NCBI RefSeq assembly: GCF_046119375.1
Contig: NW_027362765.1
Coordinates: forward strand, 286,192,001-286,256,000
DNA: 64,000 nt
Direction: 5' to 3'
Source: Phyllobates terribilis
Taxonomy: Eukaryota
Under the pieces are notes generated by a model that searched no databases, had not been told where the DNA came from, and saw only the letters and a list, made by a program, of their open reading frames with translations. Made by a program: the position numbers and the translations under genes. Positions 11,901 to 23,900 of the stretch are shown piece by piece; positions within the stretch are counted from its first letter, which is position 1; every line of letters starts with the position of its first letter.

Positions 11901-14900
11901 ACAGGAATGTTACACATGTAATATCCTAGAGCCTTTGAGTGGCAGCTATGCCCGCTTGGCTTCAGATACAGACTTCAGCAAGGTAACAACATCAATGTCC
12001 ATATCAAGCACCGTCTTTTACCTTTGCCGGGTCTAGCTGCTTCCGTCAACTCTGTTCTGCCAAAGCTGTGGTTTAAGGCTCACCAGGTGTGGCCTCTATG
12101 CCTCATGCCTTCCAGGGCTAATGGTGTCCCAGGCACAGAGATCAGGTCTCTTGACCCCCCCCCCCCCCCCCCCCGCTTCAAAAACCACCCGGATATATAT
12201 ATCCCTCTGTGCGCACAGGACCTGTGATGATTGTTATGCACACGCCCGGACTGACTGGCGTGTGCGGGAGTAGTGGTTCCACTGGACCGTGCCGGAGAGT
12301 GAATGCCTGGAGGGGCGTAACTAGGTATTCACCCGATCCGACCAGGGTCGCACGACGGCATACGACGCCAGTGCACCAAGGAGGAACCGAGCAGAGGGAC
12401 CAGGTGCTACTCCAGGACAGACCCCGGACACGGCTGTTGTCCCACACAGGGGAATACAGGAACAGGCTGGTTAGGCTGGCGCACAGACTGGTGGGTATAG
12501 GCAGGCACGACTGGCATGCAGGCAGGCGGGTATGCAGGTAGGGGGGTACAGGCAAGCACAGCTAGAGTGCAGACAGGGAGGCACTAGCAGGTAGGAACAC
12601 AGGCGGGATAGGACCCAGTACACACTGGGACTCAGGAACAATACAGGCAGAGGGGTACAGGCAAGCACAGCTAGAGTGCAGACAGGGAGGCACTAGCAGG
12701 TAGGAACACTGGCGGGATAGGACCCAGTACACACTGGGACTCAGGAACAGAACCACAGATGTGGCGGACAAACACAGCAGAGTGAGGCCGCCCAGAGAGG
12801 TGAGCGAGAACAGGGCAGGACAAGACCGCCTGGAGCGGTGAGCAAAAGTAGAGCAGGACAAGGCCGCCAGGAGCGGTGAGCAAAGGGTCAGAGCTGAGCG
12901 AGACTGCCGGAGCAGTGAGCAAGAGTAAAGCAGGACGAGACCGCCTGGAGCGGTGAGCAAGAGAGAAGCAAGACTGCCGGAGCAGTAAGCAAAAGGATAA
13001 GAGCGGAGCGAGACTGCCGGAGCAGTGAGCAAAAGGGTAAGAGCGGAGCAAGGCTGCCGGAGCAGCGAGCAAAGGAGTCAGAGCAGGCTAGAACCGCCGG
13101 AGCGGTGAGCAAAGGAGTCAGAGAAGGCTAGAACCGCCGGAGCGGTGAGCAAAGGAGTCAGAGCAGGCTAGAACCGCCGGAGCGGTGAGCAAAGGAGCCA
13201 GAGCAGGCTAGAACCGCCGGAGCGGTGAGCAAAGGAGCCAGAGCAGGTTAGAACCGCCGGAGCGGTGAGCAAAGGAGTCGGAGCAGGGAGGACAGGGCTC
13301 TGTTCACACGGAACAGACAGGAAGAGAAAGACAGAGCCAGATACCCACAGGGTACTTGCAGTGAAGTAGCGAGTGGACCACAAACTCACAAACGGGAGTA
13401 CAGAGACAACAAGCAGGAGTAGGTACGAGTTCAGACTCTGCAGAAAAAGGAAGGGAACGGACATAGAGGCAGAACAGGTAAAGGATAGGAGAGAGTTCAG
13501 ACTGGAACTGAGTGTACAGAGGAGACCGACACTGCAGAGGAATACAGGAGCGGGTCTGGGAATACGGCCCCCAGAGAGGCAGGACGAACAGGCAAGGAGC
13601 GTGTTCAGACAGGACAGACAAGATACAGGAGCGGGTCTAGATAATCGGCCCCTAGAAGGCGGGAGGAACAGGCTAGGAGCGTGTTCAGACAGGACAGACA
13701 AGATACAGGAACGGATCTAGGTAATCGACCCCTAGAAGGCAGGAGGAACAGGCTAAGAGCGTGTTCAGAGAGGACAGACAAGATACAGGAACGGATCTAG
13801 GTAATCGGCCCCTAGAAGGCGGGAGGAACAGGCTAGGAGCGTGTTCAGACAGGACAGACAAGATACAGGAACGGATCTAGGTAATCGACCCCTAGAAGGC
13901 AGGAGGAACAGGCTAAGAGCGTGTTCAGAGAGGACAGACAAGATACAGGAACGGATCTAGGTAATCGGCCCCTAGAAGGCGGGAGGAACAGGCTAGGAGC
14001 GTGTTCAGACAGGCCTGGAAATACAGCCTCCAGGATAGGCAGACAAGAGAACACAGACAGGACTCAGTTCAGACACGGGAACTGATACCGCAAGGCAGGA
14101 GACATAGACAGGACTCAGTTCAGACACGGGAACTGATACCGCAAGGAAGGAGACATAGACAGGACTCAGTTCAGACACGGGAACTGATGCCACAAAGCAG
14201 GAGACAAAGAACAGGACCTGGCACCTTCAGAGTGCAAGCACACACTGAATGAAACACTATGCTCAGGCAGGGATAGATGGGAGCAGCTGAGCTATATACC
14301 AGGTGACAGACAGCAATAGGCTGAGGACGCACAAGGGGTGTGACCCACAGCAGGTACAAAAAGCAGGAAGTGATCGGGCGCCGCCCTTAAGCAGCAGAAA
14401 CAGACACAGACAGCATGGAGGGAAGCCAGAGAGACATTCTGGACTGGAGATCAAGTGCGCGCTCTTGCACAGTGGGAGATGGACCACCATGCAAGGACGC
14501 CGCCAGGTATGTTACAATGATGTCACAGTCATGTGATCAATCACCTGAAGGGGAGGTACGTGGTCAGTCAGAACACAACTCCTCAGACATTTTGGCAATG
14601 CAGCAAGCCGCTTCATTACATATCCTCCCCCTCTTGTTCAAGCCCATGGTACTGAACACATGATATACACAATCACATTATAACCTACGGTTCACACAGA
14701 GTCCATGTACTTGACGTTTGCGCTGCTCAACCCCTGGAACATTAGTCATCAACATTAGCCCATTCCTTAGGGACCTACCATCTGTCATTGTCACTAACTT
14801 CGTTAAGTCACATTTCCGAGTCGTAACCTTGTCAGACCTCCCTCGCTCCCAGCGGTCAATACAGCAGTGCGACTCACTTGCCCTTGTATCTAAGGTCAGG

Positions 14901-17900
14901 TCCGACTCCGTACTGTCTCGTACTCTATTGGGTCGTTTGTATGGGCCTCTCAGACCTGAGTTACTGGAGGACTCACTACCTCTAAACCCACGCCAACCAT
15001 CCTCAGGACATCTTGAAAGGTCTCTAACTTCTGTTGTAGCCGTTCTATTATTTGGAGGGCCCTTTCTCTGTTTGGTCTCACAATTTCTAGACGGCTGCCA
15101 TCTTCTGCTGCTCAGGCGACGCTGTCTTTCCATTCGCAGTCTGGCGAGATTCAACTGTTCTACCTCTCGCAGGTAGGTCACTCGGTACTCTATCAGCATT
15201 CGTATATATAAAGATTTTCTTCCATTCCTACAGCGGAGAATGACACCATGCCGTCTTCATCCGGTATCCAGTACTGATGATCACGTGGACTACTTACTTT
15301 CATCACACCAGACTTCTTTACCATCATTTGCATGGCTTGGCCCTTTCTCCCAATGAGCTTTCTTAACAGAGCATGAGGCACCCAGATGACTTCTTCCTGT
15401 AGACTTTGAGCTTTTCTCATAAGCTCCAGTTGTCTAATGGCTTGTTCTGTCTTCAACCGGACAATCCGCTTTGTGCGAACACATCACCAGTGCATGTCAC
15501 TTAGGACAGCCACCCTCTTCACTGTGACTTCGGTTGTGGACAGGACCAGCAGCTGTTTAGCTTTTGAGGTCAAATACACCTTACAGGCTCCCACGGCCTT
15601 CTTAAACTCTTCATGCACTGGCTCTCTGGTACATTCTTCTCTCAAATCTTCAGGTACATCTATGAGGCACTTGTACCGAGAAGTTTCTGTCTCACCAGTG
15701 GTCTCCAAACAATCATCTGGCTCAGGTTTCAGGGACAACTGACTTTCAGATTCTTCATCCTGTATGCTTCCCCTGAGCTGACTCTCAGCTATGAACTCAA
15801 GAATTCTCCTCTTGACAACTTCCATTCCATACTTATCTTCTTTTAACACTTCCTCAGCTCTCTTCAGGTCCACCTTCTCATGGTATAGAGGATTAAGCGC
15901 ACTTGTTTGCCCTTTTCCTTCTCCAAGGCAACCTTGTTCACTGATTGGTACTTTACCAGGCGACCTTTGAGCTCGAAAACTTCTTCCTCTAGCTCAGCTA
16001 CTCGCCTCTCTGTCTCCAATGCTCCGACTCGACTCTCGACAGCCAGTCTCTCAAGCCTCTCTTGCTTCAAATGGGCTTGTAGCGTCTCCTTGATCTCAGC
16101 TCTTACATCCACCGAATCATCCAAGCTCGCATTATTCGAGAAAGTATTTGCTTCATACCTCCTTTCTCCAGTGGCAAACTCCTGACCCTGGTCTGTGGCT
16201 TCTCCGATAGACTCCTCCATCTTTTTCTGCTCAGCTTCCATCTTGCTGATTCTATCCTTAAGGCATGTATTTGCCCTCTGGAGATCATCACAGAACGTCT
16301 TCAGCTCCATCACCTGAGCTTCCAGTCCTAGGATCTTTCTGCGGAGATCATCATTCTCATCACGGGTGTCCTGCAGAGTGGTCTCAATCACTTGGCGCAT
16401 GTGCTCTGCATCCGCCTCATCATTCTCTAGTTTTTTCTTAACCTTGAGGAGATCCTCATAGTCCCTCTTGGTTTGTTGCAGGTCCCTATTGTGTTCATCA
16501 TACTCCTCCTTGGATTCACGCAGCACCCGGTTGAACTGTTCACGCAGAAACTTCGTCCTTCAGCGCCCCTTTTAAGGCAGATAGCTCCCTATCCCGCTGG
16601 TGTAGACCCTCGTCCAGCCTTTGCTTCTCCGGCATCAGCTGCTTCACCTGCTCCTGAAATCTCTGCACTTCCTTTTTTGTGACCTCTGCTTCCTCCGCAT
16701 TCACAGAGTCTTTCTTCACTTGGTTCAGCTCTGACTGCAACAGGGAGAAACGATTTTTCATCTCATTCAGCTCATCTTCAGACTCCTCTTTCTCAAGCTT
16801 CAACTGCAAAATTTGGTTTTGCGGAGGTCCTCTTTATTTTTCTGGAACATTTCCTTCCATTGGTTGATTTCCTCACTGCTTTCCTCCAGTTCTCACTTCA
16901 AGTTCCTCACAACCTGGTTAATTTTCTGCCATTCAGACTCCAGGCTCAGCTGGTCCTGGGACACGTTCTCCATGTTTTTCCTTAGTTGCTGCCTGGCAGG
17001 CTCCAGCTCTTGATCATGATTGGCCACCTCCTCTTCCATCATGATCTCCTCTGCTTCTAAAGGAGGATCCACACTCGGAATAAAGGCACACAGCATTGCA
17101 TTTTCTTTATTGCCGCTGCAGTACACCGCATTAAATTTACGGCGCCATCTTACCTCAGGGTAGATGGCGCTGTCATCCCGGGGGCTGTCGCCGCCCCCCC
17201 CGCACCAGCGATCGCTGTGATTGGCTGTTCAATTCACATCGATCGCACTGCTCATAGCGAGACTGCGAGGTGACAGGGCGGTCACAGGCTTGTGACCTGC
17301 CTGTCACCGCCCCATGACCCCCTGCAGTGTATGTCCAGGTCCCAGCCAGCTCTGATTGGAGCGATCGATGATGACATCGATCGCTCCAATCAGAGTTCTT
17401 GACCATAGGTGATAGGGTGGTCACAGGGCGGTGACCGGCTTGTGGTCCGCCTGTCACCTCCCTGTGACCCCCTGTGGTGCATGCCCAGGTCCCAGCCATC
17501 TTTGATTGGTGCGATTGATGTCATCATCGATCGCACCAGAGTACCTGACCGGGAGGTGACCGAGTGGTGACCGGCCTGTGACCTGGCTGTCACCACCCTA
17601 TCACCCCCCTGTGACTGCCCTGCAGATCCTCACACTTGGTGAGGATTTCTACAGAGCGGTCACGTCTGATCTGCGCTGTGCTGGGCCTTGTAGTGCCACA
17701 GAACCTTCTGTGACACTATAAGACCTTTCTCCCACCTGCTCCGGTGTTCGGTCTTCTGAATCTGCTGCTCCAGTGTCCTGGATCTCCTGCTCCGGTCTAC
17801 TCGGGTCTTCGGTCTCCTGCTGCTGCTGGGCTCTTGCTTCTGATCCTGCTACTGATGCTGCTCCTGCGCCTGCTCTTAATCCTGCTGAAAAAGAACAGAG

Positions 17901-20900
17901 AAGACTTTGGTAAGTCCATCTCTGTTCTCCCCTCATCCACCCCAATCCCCCCTCCCCCCCTCATTTTACCGCCCTCGCCATCCCCTTTTTCTGCCACCGA
18001 GCGCATTTTTTTTTCGTGCATGCTGCAGTAGCCGAGCGCTGACCAGTGACTACAACACTGATCAACGTCTGTGCTCGCTGTTTTCCAGGACTTTTTTTTG
18101 CCACTGTCCACCCACCCCCCACTTTGCACCACCTCCGTGCGTGCATCCAGCAGCCGCTGAACGTTGATCGTTTACGCAAATCACCGATCAGCACTCGCGC
18201 TTGCTACTTTACACTTTTTTTTTTCCACTTTTTTTTTCCACTAACCTTTTTTTTTTGTAGAGGGTGCTGGGCCTTGCAGTGCCACAGAAGCCTGTGATAC
18301 CACAATCGCCGCTCCTGCTACAGAAGATATCTGACAGAAGACAACTGTAAGTAGGATTTTTTGATCAGTCCTCATCCACCCCAATGCCCGTCTCCCCTCT
18401 CCTCCTTCCCATCCGCCTTTCTGCCACCAAGTGCTGATCAATACTTGATCGTTCGACTTTTGTCTTTTTTTTTCGTGCTTTCTGCAGCGGCTGAGCGCTG
18501 ATTAGTGACCACAGATCACTGATCCGCACTTGTGCTCGCAGTCTTACCCTCCCCCTCATTTGCACCACATCTGCATGCACACCCAGCAGCTGCCGAGTTG
18601 ATTGGTGACATAGTTCACCAATCCGCACTCGTGCTCGCTGTTTTCACCACCTACGGTTGTTCCTTTTTTTCCCAGAAAAGAAAAAAAACAAAAGTTCACA
18701 CCAAGCACACTGACACACACAAACTCTAAATAAAGTACACGCAACATATACATAACAAAAAATGTCCCGCTCATCCCAAACTCGCTATTCAGTGGAGGAG
18801 GCATACGCTTTCCTTGCCTCCGACACTGACAGCGAGGATCCCACATTTCTTTACTTTTCTGATTCCTCGTCTTCCTCCTCTTCTTCTTCCTCCTCCTCTT
18901 CCTCTTCAGGTGCTGCTGGACCGCCACGTAGTCGCCCCAGGAGAGAAGATGAGCCAGCGCCCCCCACTACTGACCCCGTATGGACCTCGCCCCCCGAAAA
19001 TTATGAGCCACCGATTCCTGATTTCGCGGCAGAATCAAGAATCAAGTTTGACACTACCAGCCTCACAGAAATGGACTTTTTCAAAGTCTTTCTCTGAGGA
19101 TTTTGTAAACCTCATGGTGGGCCAAACTAATTTGTATGCTCATCAATTTTTGGAACAAAACCCCTCTTCATCATTTTCTAACTCGTCTCCTGTAGACACA
19201 GAAGAAATGATGAAGTTTTTGGGCCTGGTCCTTCATATGGGGATCCTGAAGAAGCTAGAACTTCGGCAATACTGGAGTGTTGAAGTTTTGTATAACACTC
19301 CAGTGTTCCGAATGGTCATGACCCGGAAATGTTTTGAGGCCATCCACAAGTTCTTGCATTACAACGATAATGCTAGGTGTCCTGCACGCGATGAACTGAA
19401 CTTTGATCATCTTTCCAAAGTTCGGACAGTCATCGAGCACTTCAACAATAAGTTTGCTGAAGTGTATGTACCCCAAAGGGACATCTGCGTGGATGAGTCC
19501 TTAATCCATTTTATATAAGGGCGGCTTAGATTACGGCAGTACCTGCACAGTAAAAGGTCCATATACGGAATCAAGCTGTATAAACTTTGTGAGAGTACCT
19601 CAGGGTACTCTCACAAGTTTAGAGTTTATGAAGGGAAGGACTCCCGGATTGAACCCCCTGAATGCCCCCCTGTCCTGGGTGTGAGTGGGAAAATTGTGTG
19701 GGATTTGGCGCATCCACTGCTAGATAAAGGTTATCACCTGTACAGGGATAACTTTTATACAAGTATCCCACTCTTCAAGTCCCTCTCTGCGCGACGTACC
19801 GCAGCCTGCAGTACCGTCCGCAAAAATCAGAGAGGCCTCCCAAAGACGCTAATTGGGCAGCGGCTCAGAAGGGGTGAGAGCAGAGCCCAATGTAGCGACC
19901 ACCTGTTGGTGGTCAAGTACAAGGACAAGAGGGATGTCCTTCTCTTGACCACCATACATGGTGATGGCAGCACCCTCAGCACTGTACGAGGTTCCACTAC
20001 ACAGGTCATCAGACCAGACTGTGTAGTGGGGTACAACAAGTACATGGGGGGAGTTGATCTCTCTGATCAAGTCCTCCAGCCATACAATGCTTTGAGAAAG
20101 GACAAGGTATGGCATAAGAAGCTGGCTGTGCACATCGTTCAGATGGCAATGCACAACGGTTTCCTTCTGTCACAATGTGCAGGCCAGACTTCTACGTCGT
20201 ACCTTCACTTCCAGGAGACAGTTATCAAGGCATTGATATTTGGCAGCAGTGACGGAGTGGGCCCCACTACTTCCAGAACTGAAGGACCTCAAATTGTACC
20301 AGGCCAGCATTGCCCAGGAGAGGTCCCTCAAACAGGAAAAAAAGGTAAGTCACAAAAGAGGTGCAGAGTGTGTTCCAAAAGGGAAATACGCAAGGACACC
20401 ACTTACCAATGCGACACCTGCCTTGACAAACCTGGCCTGTGCATGAAAGAATGCTTCAAAAGGTACCATGCTTCCATGCACTACTAAATTAATTTCTGAC
20501 GTATGACAACCTGACGTACACTACACAACTGACGTAGTGTTCGTCAGGTTGTCCTACACAACTGACGTATAACACTACATTCTAACATTTACAAATCGGG
20601 TATCCGTTCCAAAAAGGGGGCACTTATTGGGCATTTCCACTGTTTACGCACATCAGGGGCTCTGAGAACGTGACATGACGCCCGCAGACCATTCCATCAA
20701 AGTCTGCATTCCAAAGCGTCACTCCTTCCCTTCTGAGCCCTGACGTGCGTCCAAACAGTAGTTTTCTCCAACACATGGGGTATCAGCGTACTCAGGAGGA
20801 ATTGGACAACAGATTTTGAGGTCCACTTTCTCCTGTTACCCTTGTAAAAATATATTTTTTTTTACATTTTTGGGGAAAAAAAATTGTTTTTTTTTATTTT

Positions 20901-23900
20901 CAGTTTTCTGTGAAGCACCTGGGGTTCAAAGTGCTCACAACACATCTAGATAAATTCAATGGGGGGTCTAGTTTACAAAGGGGATACTTGTGGGGGGTTT
21001 CCACTGTTTAGACACATCAGGGGCTCTGAGAACGTGACATGAAGTCCGCATTCAATCAAAGTCTGCATTCCAAGGCATCACTCCTTTCATTCTGAGCCCT
21101 GCCGTGCGCCCAAACAATAGCTTTCCCCCACATATGGGGAATCAGTGTACTCAGAAGAAATGGCACAACAACTTTTGGGGTCCTATTTCTCCTGGTACCC
21201 TCGTGAAATTTAAAAAATTGCGGCTAAAAGATCGTTTTGTGGGAAAAAAAAAATGTTTTTTTTCACGGCTCTACGTCAAACTTTTGCAAAACACTTGGGG
21301 GTTCAAAGTACTCATCACACATCTAAATAAGTTCCATAAGGAGTCTAGTTTCCAAAATGGGGTCACTTGTGGGGGGTTTCCACTGTTTAGGCACATCAGG
21401 GGCTCTCCAAACGTGACATGGGGTCCGCTGTCAACTCCAGCGAGTTTTGCATTGAAAACGTCAAATGGCACTCCTTCCCTTCCGAGCCCTGCCATGCGCC
21501 CAAACAATGGCTTTCCCCGACATATGGGGTATCAGCGTACTCAGAAGAAATTGCACAACAACTTTTGGGGTCTAATTTCTCCTGGTACCCTCGTGAAAAA
21601 ATTGGTGTCTAAAGTACAATTTTAGTGAAAAAAAGTTAAATGTTCATTTTTTTCTTTCATGTTCAATTAATTGCTGTGAAGCACGTGAAGGGTTAATAAA
21701 CTTCTTGAATGTGGTTTTGAGCACCTTGAGGGGTGCAGTTTTTAGAATGGTGTCACTTTTGGGTATTTTCTGTCATAAAGACCCCTCAAAGTCACTTCAA
21801 ATGTGACGTGGACCTTAAAAAAAGATGGTTTTGTAAATTTTGTTGTAAAAATGAGAAATCGCTGGTCAACTTTTAACCCTTATAGCTCCCTAACAAAAAA
21901 AAAATGTTGTTTCCAAAATTGTGCTGATGTAAAGTAGACATGTGGGAAATGTTATTTATTAACTTTTTTTGTGCGACATATCTCCCAGATTTAAGGGCAT
22001 AAAAATTCAAAGTTTTAAAATTGTGACATTTTCAAAGTTTTTGCCAAATTTCCATTTTTTTCGCAAATAAACGCTAGTGATATCGTAAAAATTTTACCAC
22101 TGTCATGAAGTACAATATGTCATGAAAAAACATTCTCAAAATTAGGTTGATCCATTGAAGCGTTCCAGAGTTATTACCTCATAAAGTGACAGTGGTCAGA
22201 ATTGTAAAAATTGGCCTTGTCATTAACGTGCAAACCACACTGGGGGGTAAAGGGGTTAATCATGATCTGACTTAAGTCGAAACGCGTTGATGGGACTCTT
22301 AACACCCATTTACTAGGATTACTAGCTGGAGGTTAATTCTACATGTTTTGGAACAATTTTTAATCTTTGTCTAATAAAGGAAGATCCAAGTTTTTAACTT
22401 TTCTTCGCTGGAGATTTTTTTCCCTTTGTGCTGCTATCCAATCGACCCGACACAGGGCGGCACCCTGCAAGGATTTTCTGGGGAAGAAACTACTACTCCA
22501 CTATTGTTGAGCTGAATCTCCCTTCTATTTTCCCTTGTTGTGATTCATCAGTATGTTGCACCTATGTACACTCGATCATATACTATTGGGGCTTCTCTGC
22601 AATGGTTTTCAGTATGAGATGATAGATTGGGATACACTTGTTCTTACTAAAAGAAAGGCCTAGACCTTGGTCATTGACAAATTGTCCCTCAGTCAAAACC
22701 TCTGGGAGTGGTAAATTGTCCTTCTAACGCGAGGGGAAGAGCAACTAAAATGTTGCTAGAGTGGAGTCGTAGACCAGGGGTCAAGAAAACATGACAGAAT
22801 GGCCAGTGAGGAGATGCAAGAAAAGATTTCCTGTTAGAATGAGTGCTGATCTCAGGGATAAAGATGGCCAAAGTGTTTTGGTTATGACTCACAAAGTGAA
22901 TGACCATCAATAATCTGGGGCTAATAACAGATGTGTGATGCAGAAGGTTGCCTTGCGGCAGAATATTAGTCTCCTCGGTGACTGCTGATCAGGCCTGTTC
23001 TGAACCAGAAAGAACTGAGCTCAAACCTAGGAAATCACTGTGGGCTGGTATGGAATAAAGTTAAAGTTGCCCTGTAGGCCTAATGCATGGCACAGTCCTG
23101 CGTTGTGTTGGATTATAGGTTTGAAGACAAGTAGGGGTGGCATAACTAAAGCCTTTATCAGAGATAGGGTCTAAGTAAAAGGCAGCCTGGTTGTTAATGT
23201 GAGTGTATAAAGGGGACCTGGAGAGCGGTTTGGGCAACCTGGCAAGGGTGCCTGTGAGGTGTTATTATGAGAGGAATGTTTGAAATGGAGCCTTAATCAT
23301 GTCACTCTTAAGGGGCCGGGAGCTTAACAAAGGGATAACAGAGATAAAAAACTGGAACCCTTGAGACCTTGAAAATCATAACACAGAAGCCTTACCCGCA
23401 GTTAGTGTCCACATGTATGGCATTACTGTAGTGGCGAAAGCCCACTTAATTTATGGGGTGCATGTCTCCAGAAGCACAAGCTGGGCACAATGTATTGCGC
23501 ACTAAGCTGGCATATTTGTAATTTTCACTCTGTATCATCAGCTCATGCTTATTTCTGGAAAACCGTGAGACTAAAATAGTTGCTGCACCAGTAGATAAAT
23601 TCATTAAGGGGTGCAATTAGGTCACTTTTGTTTTATTTTTCTGCTGTCCTGGCACCTTAAAGGCTCTGTAAATGGCACCCGCAAACTATTCCAGGAAAAT
23701 CTGTGCTCCAAAAGTTAAATAGCACTCTTTTTTATTTTATGGCCCACTAGTATAAAATTCTATGAAACACCGACACCCCTAGGTGAATTCACTGAGAGGT
23801 GTAGTTTATTAAATTTTGTGGTGAAGGATCACGCATGATCCCACTGATGCCACCACATGTGAATAACCCATACCTCACCTGGCATCACTATTACGTCGGA

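Larger units (their letters stand above)
11638..22255 (+). mobile_element. 10.6-kb piggyBac (PGBD4-like) transposon carrying host-derived cargo and a nested solo LTR
   Basis: TTAA TSD at 11634-11637 and 22256-22259; termini CCCCTTTAC.../...GTAAAGGGG. Transposase at 18762-20487 and ~370-bp subterminal repeats at about 20.6-21.6 kb. Confidence 0.85.

Noticed and set aside
12178-14536. Numerous 60-180 aa ORFs on both strands
   Set aside because: By-products of the tandem repeats inside the solo LTR.
14678-17096. Teratorn-like herpesvirus genes as the piggyBac cargo
   Set aside because: No viral polymerase, capsid or terminase motifs; recognisable parts match host genes.
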